From Azolla caroliniana (lineage: Eukaryota > Plantae > Polypodiophyta): 64,000 nucleotides of DNA. Made by a program: the position numbers and the translations under genes. The stretch is taken from positions 6,386,001 through 6,450,000 of the forward strand of contig JBHGNT010000020.1 of the NCBI GenBank assembly GCA_043228905.1. Reading direction: 5' to 3'. Below the pieces are notes generated by a model that saw only the letters and a program-made list of their open reading frames with translations, was not told the origin of the DNA and did not search any database. Within the stretch, counting starts at the first letter, position 1; the number at the start of each line of letters is the position of its first letter. This document shows, one piece after another, positions 34,801-47,545 of this stretch.

Positions 34801-37800
34801 GATGGAGACAAAGGTACTTGATAATGGTTCAGCATATGCGCAGATACGAAGTCAAGATGGGACAAGCTCGGTTCAATTGCTCCCGGTATGACCGAACCAT
34901 GAAAGAAATAGGCATAGCTTAGGGAAAGAAATTAGGGAGGATTTTTAATTCAGGCTATTAGGTAGAGGGACAACAATAGTCTGGGATGTCTAACTATGTC
35001 CCCAATTCAGTGTAATAAAAGTTGTCACCCCATTAATGAAAATGAATAAAGGAGGTAGCACGAGATCCGTGCCTTAGAGACCCGAAAGGAGTAGGGCATG
35101 TCTTCACTGATGAAACTCGACGAAACCTCAAAGTTGGTGGGGGTGAGTTTTTGCTTCCCAAAGAAGAGTCCAAGTTCTGGGAAATGTTGGAGCAACACGG
35201 GAAAACATTTGCCTTTTCCCCACAAGAAATCGGATGTGTTGACCCAACGCTTGTGGAACCAATGGTTATCTTTACAATACCCATGTGCCATGGAACTTGA
35301 AGCCAATTCCTGTTCCAAGAGCTCACATTCCAAGATTGTTGGAGTTGTTAAAAGAAAAGATTAGAATGGGAATCCTTGAGCCATCTAATGCGCCTTATTC
35401 AAATAGGTGGGTCACAATGCCGAAAAAGAATGGAGCGCTTTGATTTATGCAAGATCTGCAACCGGTATACAAGGTCACCATTCGTAATGTTAGCATTGGA
35501 ACTAGTGTTGATGAGTTTGCTAAAGCTTTTGTAGAAAGGTCGATTAACTCGATTGGAGACTTGTATTCTGGATATGACCAATTTCAATTCTCTTTGGATA
35601 GTCGAGACATCACAACGATGCGGACTCCCATCGGGCTAATAAGGATGTGTACATTACCGCAAGGGGCAACTAACTCGATGACCCACATGAACAAAGTACT
35701 AAGAGATTGCATCCATGATATTACAATGCCTTTCCTCGATGATATCCCTATAAAGGGGTGCCCCGAATCAGAGAAGGACGAGTCTTTAGATCAAGATGGA
35801 TGTTGAAGATTTGTCTGAAACCATATTAAAGACTGTGGACGAGTGCTAGAAAGACTAGAAGGTGCAGGGCTCACATTCTCCAGAGAAAAATCAGCATTTG
35901 GCCAACACGAGATCCTAGTAGTGGGATATCTTTGTGCACCATACAGACCAAAACCCTCTCCCGAGAAGGTGAATGCTATTCAAGAGATGCGAGAGGAATG
36001 TGGAACGCAAACAGAGGTCTGAAGATTCTTAGGAGGATGTGCGTTCTACCACATTTGGATTCCACATTATGCTCATGTGGCCGAACCCTTGTATAGCTTA
36101 CTGAAAAAAGGCAGAAAATTCAAATGGGAACTGATACACACAGAGGCGATGAAGAGGTTAAAAGGGCTACTGGTGGCAGCATGAGCTTTAAGGAAAGCCG
36201 TCTACAAAGAAGGGATGCCCATCTACGTCACGGTAGATATGCGACACCAGATCTGGCTATGTTAAGGTGGATCGCTTATATCAAGTCTTTGAACCCGGAG
36301 ATCCACCACATTGTTGGGAAGAACAATGCCATGGTTGACATGCTGTCAAGAGCAATATTCAAGGATGAAAGTGACATGGTTTTAGAAGATGAAAACATCG
36401 CCCTTGACTTCTTCAAGGAGGCCCAACCGTCGGCATAAGACAGAGGCACACCAACCCTCCACGCTTTCAACGAGAATGAGTATGAAGGGGAGTGGTTACT
36501 AATCGGCAGATTCTTGAGAACGATGATGGTAGATGCTTCATGGATGAAGGGGGAGGCTCTACAAATACGAAAGAAAGCTTACCAGTACTTTCTGAAGGGA
36601 GGATTCCTCTGGTGGCATCCAAAGAGAAGGACACGGGTGCCACGACGAGTAGTGGTGAAGAATGACCAAACAACGTTGATGTCTGAATTCCACGAAAGTC
36701 CATGGGCAGGTCATAGAGGAATGTGGGCAACATTTGAAAAGCTAAAGGAAAAGTACTGGTGGCCGAGCATGTATAAAGATGTACTACATTTCGTGTCCAC
36801 ATGTGAAAGTTGTCAGGTACATTCGAACGTACGTCACCGTGATGGATTGCGGCCAACATACCCACTCACCATACACTTTAAACGGATGGTGGATCTAGTC
36901 TCGATGCCGATGGGAGTGGGATAGATGAAGTACTTGGTGTTAGCGAGGGAAGACCTAACAAACCAGGTAGAAGGACGAGCCTTAGCAAATAAGACGACGA
37001 TAGCCGTATGCAAATTTCTACTCGAAGAGGTCGTCTGCCGATAAGGATGTGTGGGAAAGATAGTGGCCAACCGAGGGGAGCTAGATGCACAAGAAGCAAT
37101 GGAGCTCTTCGAGCGACTAGGCGTAAACCTCTCCCTCACAACTACCTATAATCCGGAAGAAAATGGGAAGATCGAGCGAGGGCATGGGCCGATAGTCAAA
37201 GCCATCGTACGAGCATGCAATGGTCGAGTTGGGAATTGGCCACGATTATTGCCCTATGCATTGTGGGCCAATAGAACTACGCATAGTTCCGTGACAAGCT
37301 ATATGCTAGCAGAGCTCATGTATGGACAGAAACCAATAAGGCCCATCAAGAGGACAATCACCTCATGGGTAACAATACCATGGGAGAATGAGATGAGCCA
37401 GGAAGAATTATTGGTGGCACGAATAAGGCAACTCGAAAGAAGACCCGAAGACCTAGAGAGCCCACGAAAGATAATGGAGACAACCCATGTGAAGAATAAG
37501 ATTCGGTTTAATAAGACAACAGCCTGGACAACCAACATAGGATGACAAGGAAATTCGCAAGAAGGTGGTTTGGACCGTATGTGGTGATGAGTGCGAACGA
37601 CAATGCCACCTACCACCTTGCGGAGCTAGACAGATCAAGGCTGGCCATACCCATTGTGGGGAAAAGAGTAAAGATATTCAAGAAAAGACAAGATGAGGGT
37701 TGTAACCTAGATGACCTCAACAATGACGATAGTACGACGGGACCCACAAATGTGAGCGAGATTGATGAGGACATGGAGGAAATTGATCGATCATCGTAGT

Positions 37801-38613
37801 CGAAATCTCACACTCACTTCTTGGCACGTACCGGAGGAGGTGCAGTTTTGTGCGGGTGGATGTCGTGAAGATTTTCGGTAACAGTGTGAAAATCGCGTGG
37901 AACAAGGGAAATCGAGAAGGTGCAATGTGCACACGTATGAAAGGAGTGATGGTTAGATGCGTATGTTAACACATTAAGGTGCATGTGTGATGTGTGTTTA
38001 GGTGTTCATTACACAAATATATAAAATAAGCCTAACGCATACAATGAGGTGCAAGTAAGCATTTGAACCTTACACCTCTAAGATAGGAGGCAATTGACAT
38101 ACCACTAGACTAGGTTATTTCCTTTAAAACTTGTTTTCTTCATTGTACTTTTCACACGAATTGCTAGTACATGAGAGCTTGGATGAGGTACATGGTCATC
38201 ATGCATAGCATGTGATGCATGAGCGCCAAATGGCAATCATGCATTGCATGCATTTCATGCATTGTATGCATGTACTACACCCTCACATGCACATATGCAT
38301 GGGGCCATTTATATAAGAAGGAGAGGAAGGGAAAGGAAAGGAAGCAGTGTACATAATCAATAGCAATAATAATAAATCTTAGTGATCTCATTGGTAATGT
38401 GTCTTGTCCCTCAATTTTGAAGTCAAAGGTTCAAATCGGGAATTGGAATTCTCGTCTGTATCTATCTATCTATCTTTAATATGTTCTCGCTTGCGCTAGT
38501 CCTTCCGGTCCAGAACACTGACGGTTCTGCTGAATCACCACTTGCGCTAGTCCTTTCGATCCTCCATCACCACTTGCGGATAGAGGTCGATGCTTGTCTG
38601 CGCACATGTAACA
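31859..38613 (+). mobile_element. Degenerate Ty3/gypsy nested in the gag of the 30030-45935 element
   Basis: LTRs 31859-32564 and 37861-38613 (TGTCGTGAAG…TGTAACA). 5-bp TSD ACCGT. tRNA-Trp-like PBS TGGTGAACTTGACGTGAA at ~32843. RT LPQGATNS and FLDD; integrase zinc finger HxxxxxGH…CESC. Confidence 0.9.
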
Positions 38614-40635
38614 ACCGTGAATACCATAACGGTAGAAGTCCAACAAGTCACAACACGGCAACATGCGAAGAATGCAAACTGGGTAGAACAAGATGAGATA
38701 CGCAAGGTGGCCCAGGCCTAGGTAGAAAAAACAAATGCGGCAAACGTGGAGTGTATGAAGCAGGAGTCCACAAACGGCAGTTTGACGATGAAAGAAAACA
38801 CATCATCACCGGATCCCATATGGCAAGCATTGGCAGACTATGAGTCAACAATGACCATGGAGAAGCTTCTCCGACTGGTGCCGTGATTTTGGCAGGTTGT
38901 GGAAAATCGCAGAAGGGGCACAACCGGATTAGATGTCTCATCAAATTTTGCGGAGTCTAGTACCGAACCAACAGTCGTAGATCATCACAATCTAGCCATT
39001 AAGCTGGTACTGCAAGGTCAGGAAATCTCGGGATGTATCATTGATGGGGGGTCCGGTGTTAATGTCATCAGTACGAATACATGCGCACGACAAGGAATTA
39101 CAAGTTGGGAAGCATGCCCTTTCTGATTCTGCATGGCGGACACCCGTTATGCAGACCCTGAGGGTTAATTTGGAAACTAGGCATTGTCGTTGGCGGTCAT
39201 CGCTTCGACATCTCTACAGTAGTGCTCGCCCTAGACTCTTCGGGAGCATACCCAATATTGCTTGGCAGACCTTGGCTACGCTCAACCAACATCAAACAGA
39301 ATTGGCAGCATAATTGTATCAGCTTCCGGCGAGGCCGAAGCAAAGTTCGCGTGCCCACTTAGGAAATGGTGGCACCAACCAAGGGCATAACGCCATTATA
39401 CGCTGAAGATGTAAATATGCAGGAAGGAGTAGATGATACAGAGCTTGAGGCGTACCAAGAGGATCACCCACAGATCGTTCCATTATTCGAAATTGACGAA
39501 ATAGAAACCGCTGCGGAATACGCCCCAACTAATATGTTTCAGGAAGTTGAATACAAACCGAACCCAAAGTCTCTAATGGAGTCAAGTATAGCACGCACAA
39601 TGTTTGAGAGAGAAATGGAAATATCGAAACCCAAAGTCGCTAATGGAGTCAAGTCACCACTTCGGCATTAGAAGAAGTCAATATCGGAACCACGACAGAA
39701 CCTCGACCACTCTAAATTGCGAAGGACTTGGTCCCAAGTGAGAAGACGATCAGGTATAGTTTTCTAGATGGTTTTAGTGGAAACAATCAGGTACGCATGG
39801 ATTGGGGTGTTTTCGTCGTTGTGGTCATGATGTTTAGGCTAAAGACGGTGCCTGCTAGTTTCCTTTCTAGCGAACAATTACAGAGATTTTTGGGGAGTAC
39901 ATACCCGCCTTTATGCAAGGCTTTCTCGACGATTTCACGGTATATGGAACACGAGGTGAACATTTGGGCCTCAACCTTAATTCGGCCAAATGCGTATTTG
40001 GCGTCACCAGTGGGGCACTTCTCGGACACATTGTAAGCAAGGAAGGGATAGCAGTGGATCCGAACAAAATCACGGCGATCATTGAAGCAAAGACTCCGAC
40101 TAATGCCAAAACCCTCGGCTGCTTTCTAGGTCTAATATGCTAGCATAGCTGCATGTTACGGTACTTGGCGGACTTTGCGACCCCATTACATGCCGCCATA
40201 CATCGAATGCCCTTCAAGTGGACGACAATAGAAGAGAAAGCTTATGACGCACTCAAGATAATGTTAACCCAAGCACCGAACGTACAACCACCGGATTGGA
40301 GTAAACCTTTTCACGTCTTTCTGAATGCCTCGGATATAGCAATAGACAGCGCATTGATGTAACTCATAGAGCCGAATTGGTACAGACCGGTCTATTACGC
40401 CAGTCGTAAGCTATCAACTGCCGAGAGGAACTACTCCACAACCGAGCGTGAAGCCTTGGTGATTATATAGCATCAACAAATTCCGGCATTATCTGCTAGG
40501 GCGCAAATTTACATTTCACGTAGATCACGTGGTGTTACTGTATCTAGTTGAGAAACAGGCACTGACAGGGAAGTTGGCCAGATGGATGTTGCTGCTCCAG
40601 GAGTTCAATTTCGCAATTCAGCATTGGCCGGGCAC

Positions 40636-41373
40636 GGAGCAGCCTCATCTTTGTCTCCTTGATCTTTATTTTTGTCTTCATGCCCTCATGTCACTCACAA
40701 CATCTAGAGTTCCTAGCCTCGTCACATCTAGCTCCAAGTTCATCCGTCACACGTAGCCTAATCATCTGTGCTCCGTCCTAGTACGCGCTTGGTGTGTCCG
40801 TGACAATAATGACAGTTGATACTAGCCCGATTGGGATTGGTTGGGTTATAAACCAGGAAGATGAAGAGCTACATTGATATGCTATCAGGTTTGGAGCAAA
40901 GATATTAAATGATAGTCAAAGAAATTATGCGCAAGTTAAACTAGAATTGTGGGGTTTGCTTACTGCATTAAAAATAGATAGAGATTGCTTGATTGGAGCG
41001 AATGTAGTGGTTGAAATAGATTATTTGCCATTCATCATAATGATAGCAAGTTGCATGACACTAGATATTGCAATGCTTTGGTGGATTGCATACATCAAAA
41101 CCATGAACCCAGAATTGAGGCATATAAAGGGCAAAGAGAACCCTATCGCAGATATGCTGTCAAGAGCAAGGTTCATAAATGAAAAGGTGATGCAAACTAA
41201 AGATAAGAACTAGGCAACTACAAGCCATCAAGTTCCTCATCAAGTATCTATTGAGCCTCATAATGAGTTTAATGTAAGCATGATGCTCAAAGACACAGAG
41301 TATGAAGGTCAATGGTTTGAAATAGGAATTCAAACCACGGGCTTTCTTGTTTCAAGATCATGAATGAAAAAAG
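40636..41373 (+). mobile_element. Foreign fragment (LTR-end remnant + gypsy RNase H piece) interrupting the host RNase H
   Basis: The host frame breaks after QHWPGT and resumes at VADFLSR. The insert encodes TVDTSPIGIGW…FGAKILN…RNYAQVKLELWG…WIAYIK. Confidence 0.65.
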
Positions 41374-44300
41374 CGTAGCTGATTTCTTAAGCAGAGTGGA
41401 TAATGGAGATAATGCAATGAGGGATGATGACGACTTTCGTGACGTTGACATTCTGAGGATCACGACTATGGCGTCACAGGAAGAAAAGAATTTTCCGGAT
41501 CGTTGGCTGGTGGAAATGACGTACTTTTTGACCACGGGACTGCCACCTCCGTAGCTAAGGACGGATAAAAAGAAACGACTAGTTGTCCGCAGTCGTAACT
41601 TTTGCCCGGTCAAAGGAATACTTTACCACAAGGGCAGCGATGGGATCTAGCAACGCGGGATACGCCATGATGAAAAGAAAGTCGTTCTGCACGAAACTCA
41701 TTGCGGTACGGTAGGAGGACATTACGCGGGTGATGTTACAACCCGATAAATATGGCAAGCAGGTCTATGGTGGCCAACTACGCAAAAAGATGCGTATCAA
41801 TACTGTAGATAATGTGATCTATGTCAACGGTTGGGGCCACCTACGGAGCTCGCAAGGATGTCGCACCAACTGATTCTTCCGTTAGATCCATTCCAAAATG
41901 GGGTCTAGATTTTGTCGGTCCCTTTACACCGGTAGCAACACGAACCGGCAATAAGTACATTCTCGTAGCCACGGATTATTGCACTAAGTGGGTAGAAGCA
42001 AAAGTGTTACGGGATAATACGACGGCATCCATGACAAAATTTCTTTACGAATACATTTGGTGTCGTTTTGGTTGCCCAATCGAGCTCATCAGTGATCAAG
42101 GGAGCCACTTTCTGAATTCGGTCATCTACGAGCTAACACACCATTACGTCGTAGTTCATAAGAAGAGCACACCATATTACCCGCAAAAAAATGGGTTAGC
42201 GGAGTCCACGAACAAGACATTACAAACAATAATGAGAAAGATTGTGAATGAGAATAGAATAGTCTGGGATACCAAGCTGCACAATGCTTTGTGGGCATAT
42301 CAAACGACCAACTGATAGAAGGCAAGTCCGAGCAAATACGGCTACAACAACTTCTCGAATTAGGCAAGGCTCGGGTCCGTAATATGGCCATATTTGAGCA
42401 AGAGCAGCGACGACGTAAAGCGTTCGTGGATCGACATCGAGGCACACGGGAGAAATGCTTTGCAGTTGGGAAGGCCGTATTGGTTTTTCAAACATGCATG
42501 GGTCAAATGCCAGGTAAGTTACGGTTCCGTTGGATAGGGCCGTACTGGATAGTTTGAGCGGAAAATGGCACCTTCCAATTGGATACCCCCGTTGGAGTTA
42601 TACTTCGAAAAGTGAATGGGTTCCAATTAATACCATATTTGGGACCTATGCCCCCGAACCCGTTTCGCGCCGTAACTGACACGTCAGAGGGGTCCCTACA
42701 CTAATCAGTAGTTGGGACGCATTTGGAATAAAATGTAACAATAATATTGTACTTTACCATTAAAATGTAAAAAAGAGAAGATTGTCACGACTATTAAAAG
42801 GTGGTTATGCATGCACAAACTTCAAGATCAAGCACACGCAACACCACGATGTCACACAAGCCAATGAACCCTAGAGCACAAAAAGAGGGAAAAAGAAGGT
42901 TTTTTGCACACTACAGAAAACAGACTAATTGTCCTCGCCCTCCTCACTCTCCTCTCTCCCCTCGCTTCCCACCATACCACAGAGTCCACGCTCACCGTAG
43001 TTTCAGAGCTTCACCTATTCTACACGAGCCTCTTCCACCCACGAGGCCGATCACCATCTCTGCAGCTTTACACAGGTGGCTCCTGGAAAAGGGTTTTGAG
43101 GGGTACATCAGGGTCGCTGAGGCACCATCACACCCTAATGCTCTCGACATCGCCAAAAAGCTCAACGTGAACACTATGACAAATGCCACCATTCAAAACA
43201 AATTGGTCCTATCCGCGAATGGGGAGAAACACTTCGACATCCCCCTAAAAAAACTCTAGAAGAATATTTTGGGGAATATTCCATATCAGCCAAGGCATAC
43301 AGAACGAAAGACATCCTGAACCCATTCTTTCGGGAAATAGCCAAGTTCCTACTTGAGGTCAGTTGCATGCACGTCAACGCGTACGGGATGTCAAAATAGA
43401 AGGCATGCATCATCATTGATACATTCGAAGGGCGCACAGTAGATTGCAGAGTGATTACGGGATTAGCGCTAAGAGAGGGCATGCACGAATACTAAGCCGG
43501 CAAAAGGCTAAGGCCGATTATACAACAATACCTTACGATACTGTTTCCACCTCGCGGTCTGCCCGCCCCACCGCCCAGTAAACCTATGCCTCTGCCACGA
43601 TCCGCGAAATGGCGGTTATCGGAATTGGCAACCACAGAATGGGAAGAGGAACCACAACCTTCCCACCCCATAACGCAACCGATGTAGCCGGAACAACCAA
43701 CAAGGACGGTCGAAGCATCAACAACAACGAATGAGCAAGAAACGGACAGAACCGTGAAAGCCCCAAGCCAAAACAACGAAGATTACATCGGAAGGATGGA
43801 CGCAGACTAGTCAAAGACAGAGCCGCACCAGTCGACGCTTCCGCCCCTAAGGAGCCCATAACTACATTAGAGATAATCCGGGAACCACAACCGATCATTA
43901 CAGCTTAGTCGCAGCGTGGCAAAGGAGTGCTCACAGTTGAAAGCGAAGTCCTCAGGTATCCAGACATTCCAAATACGGCCCATGAGTTCGGCACACTGTT
44001 ACAGTTTGGAACGACTGACGAACTCATGGAATTTTTGGCGACACAACAGATCAAGGTGTCCCAAACAATGGCCGAGGAGCATGCGGAACAACAAATGATT
44101 GAGTGTGCATTGACGAGAATGGAGGAAATCAAAGATAAGGGACCCCTTGCCACAAAAGCAAAAAGAGCTACGTAGTTAGCTGAGTCTGAGATTGACCATG
44201 TTCGCGTAGAACTTCACTAATCATCAGACAGAGAAAAGGATATTCGGGCAAAAGGACGAAGGGCAGTGAAAGCACTAGAGGATAAGATCGAGGCGGAGAC

Positions 44301-45120
44301 AACAACGCATACCAGCACAAAAGAAGAAAATAGAAAGCTGTGTGAGGAAGCCCAAAAGACCGAAGTCGTTATCACAGGACTCCGAGAGTTATTGGAAAAG
44401 AAGAAAGCATGGTACGATGAACAACTCGTGCGGGAACGAGAACTGAAGTATCAGGTAGAAGTCCGCCTGAACAATGAAATGGGCCGGCTCGAGGAACTAT
44501 ACATGAAAGAATCCCAGATATGGACAAAGATGAAGAGCCTCTATGAGGAAGCGGTTACGTCCAATAAGCTTAAAATCAAAAACCTCAAGAAAGCCCTGGA
44601 CGAAGCACAAACCCGCCCTCAAATGATAACGGACAATGTACGTGTTTTTCTTCAAACAAATCGTGAGCGGTTTACGACACAGTTGAAAGCGGCATTGGAC
44701 AAAGGATGGATGGCGGGGGCAATGCAAGCAGCAAAATTGCACACCTACCGGGCGGACTGGGAAAACCTACGAAAAGAAGGCAGAGGCTTCTACAAACTCA
44801 ATGAGGAAAGCAATGCGGCAGTACGGGAGGACCTCGCACAAGACTATCGCACGCTAGCAGATCAGGAGTCCGAAGAACTCACGTAGCTGTTGGAAGATTT
44901 CGGGGAAAGTCAAGCAGACATTTTCCGCCGGCTAATGGAGATTAGTAGCGAACAACAAAGGACGGAGACAATTGTGGTACCAGACAGCGAACAACGAACA
45001 CGATGAGCCTCAACCTAATTCAAATAACCCACCGGAGGTGATCACTACGCTTGTCAACGCTACAAAAGATATGTACAGGGAAGAGGCCCGTCCGATCGCT
45101 TGCCCACAAACTAAACAGCC

Positions 45121-45256
45121 AAAACCTCGGAGGAATGATTCGAACATCGAACACCAAAACCTCGGAGGAATGATTCGAACATCGAACACCAAAACCTCGG
45201 AGGAATGATTCGAACATCGAACACCAAAACCTCGGAGGAATGATTCGAACATCGAA
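45121..45256. repeat. 35-bp tandem repeat, ~4 copies, in the gypsy 3' region
   Basis: aaaacctcggaggaatgattcgaacatcgaacacc is repeated essentially perfectly. Confidence 0.95.
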
Positions 45257-47545
45257 CCAACTGAGCCGGCCCTGATCACGCGGAGTAAAGATGACAACAT
45301 GGGAACTCACACACCGGCCGAGCGCGGTGAAGTGGACGACACACAATTAGATGAGCCGGGCCAACAAAACAACGAAGCGCGTACGAACATCACGCCATGT
45401 CCGGACCATGTCGTACGGACGGAGTCGAACATCCTGAACATTTTGAACAACAAGTAGAGGGATGGGTCGGACGTGCCATGGCACTGTCCCACAGGTGTGC
45501 CAAGTGTTGTCTGCCGGAATGGTAACCACCGGACCTAATGCTTAAACGAATAGAATATATTATTAGAAGCATTAAAGAAACACATGTAATGGTTCATGCA
45601 AGGAGCGTAACAGACTAGAAGCCATGTGTATATAAAGGGTGGAAATCCTCTGTAAAAAGGGAGCGTGTATTTTGAGAGCAACCTTTTGTAATACAATACT
45701 ATCTTCTCTGATTTCCTTGTCTGTGCAAGTCGTCTACTGATTCGGTGTAATACTCTATTGGTAACTGTAGGCTAGTAAGTAAGCATAGGGTAAGTGTGTA
45801 TATGAGATCACGCACTGGTGAACTTCGGTTGTAGCCATCTCCCTTCACGCACATATGGATCTATTCCTTGCACCGCAATCACCTTGAAGTCTACCTCGAA
45901 GGACTAAGAGTAGACAATGTTCCTAATCCGTAACAAAGCATTGTCGTCACCCTCTCTTGGATCGTTCAGTTGATCAGTTCTACCACTCCATTCTGCATGG
46001 GTGTGTAAGGAATGGTCTTTTGATGTCAGATCCCTTTGTTGGATAGGTATTGCTTGAAGGCTTTGGAGGTATATTCACATCCGTTGTCGAATTGGAGTGT
46101 CTACATTCTGTGTCCCAACCGGTTCTCCACTTCAGATGTCCACGGTGTGAAGACCTCGAGAGCTTCATCTTTGGACCTGATGGAGTAGGCCCAGACCTTC
46201 TGTGTACAGTCATCTACAAAGGTGATGAAGTAGTACCGGGAGCCTCCTAGTGATCGCTCTGGCATCGGCCCACATATATCTATGTGCACGAGCTCTAGGG
46301 GCTTTCATACCGTCTCGTAGTGGAGAGCGTGTGGACTTCAGGTTTGTTTCCCATATCGATAGTGCTCGCAGAAGTTCGTCTTCGCTTGGAGTTTTGGGAT
46401 GTAGCTGACCGCCATTAGCTGATCAAGTCTGACTTGAGACATATGGCCATGTCTGCCATGCCATAGGTTTGGGTCAGTCTCTTCGGCTATGTTCACGGCC
46501 CCTTTTGGATTGATCACCATCACTGGTTACAAGTTATGGTACTTGTGCCCGCCTCTATCTTCAAGTTTTCTCAGTTGATCATCCATACTGAGTCACTTAG
46601 AATCGTTTTGTACTCGTCTTCGGCTAGCATGCTGATGGAGACCACACTCCTTTTTAGATCAGGTACTTGCCGAACTCGATGGAGGGTGATCATGTTGCCA
46701 TTAGGCAATTAGATGGGAATATCTCCGGTTCCTGCGATTCTGTAGTCCTGCCCATTGCGTAGTCAGGCTGTGGCGCTGGTGTCAGCTAAGTAGTTCGAAA
46801 ACCATTCAATGTTGGGGGTCACGTGGAATATGGTATCGGAATCCAGTAGCCACGTGTGTGCATCATGTGCAGTGTAGAGGACTTCTCTGATCATCAAGTC
46901 CTCTAAAGAAAGGATTTCTCCTTATCGGGTGTCAACAACGTTGATTTGGTTGTCTACTGGAGAGTGGTCTGAGTCAAGTCGTTCTCGATTTCGCTCGGAT
47001 CGCTGACCACTCTCTTTCCTCTTGATCGACCAACAGTCGGAAACATTGTGGCCAACTTTTCTGCAATGTGTGCAAAATTCGCTTGATCGGCCCGTTCTCG
47101 ACTTCGACCGCTATTGGTCTCCCCTCGTTTTTGATTGGTTGGTATTCCCACATGTTCTGTCAGCTTGGTCTCTCGTTTGACTCTATCAGTCGAACGACTT
47201 GATCGAGTGATGGGCTTCTGCTAATTCATCGATGGTCAGTCCCAAGGGGGTTAAGTTAGAAAGAGAGAACTAGAGAGAAAGAAAAACAAAAAATAACACA
47301 AATGTGAGAGGGGAAAAAGTATATTTCATTACATACCCCATAAGGGGTTTATATAATACATACAATATAATGGTTACATGACCGTTATAAATAAGACCGT
47401 TACACATTCTTAGACACATGCACATAATTGTGCATGTGTCCGTACACATACTCATCCTCACACACTCATTTACTTTACACATACACATCATTACACATAC
47501 CCTTATGCCTCCTTGCATATTCTTAGGGCTAACACATGACACGTC

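Larger units (their letters stand above)
30030..45935 (+). mobile_element. Degenerate Ty3/gypsy element with an extra coiled-coil ORF region after the integrase
   Basis: LTRs 30030-30454 and 45505-45935 (TGTTGT…GTAACA). TSD GAGCA/AAGCA. gag ~30800-31858 resumes at 38619. Protease IIDGGSG, RT FLDD, integrase WGLDFVGP…LISDQGSHF. Extra ORF remnants at 42800-45460. Confidence 0.9.
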
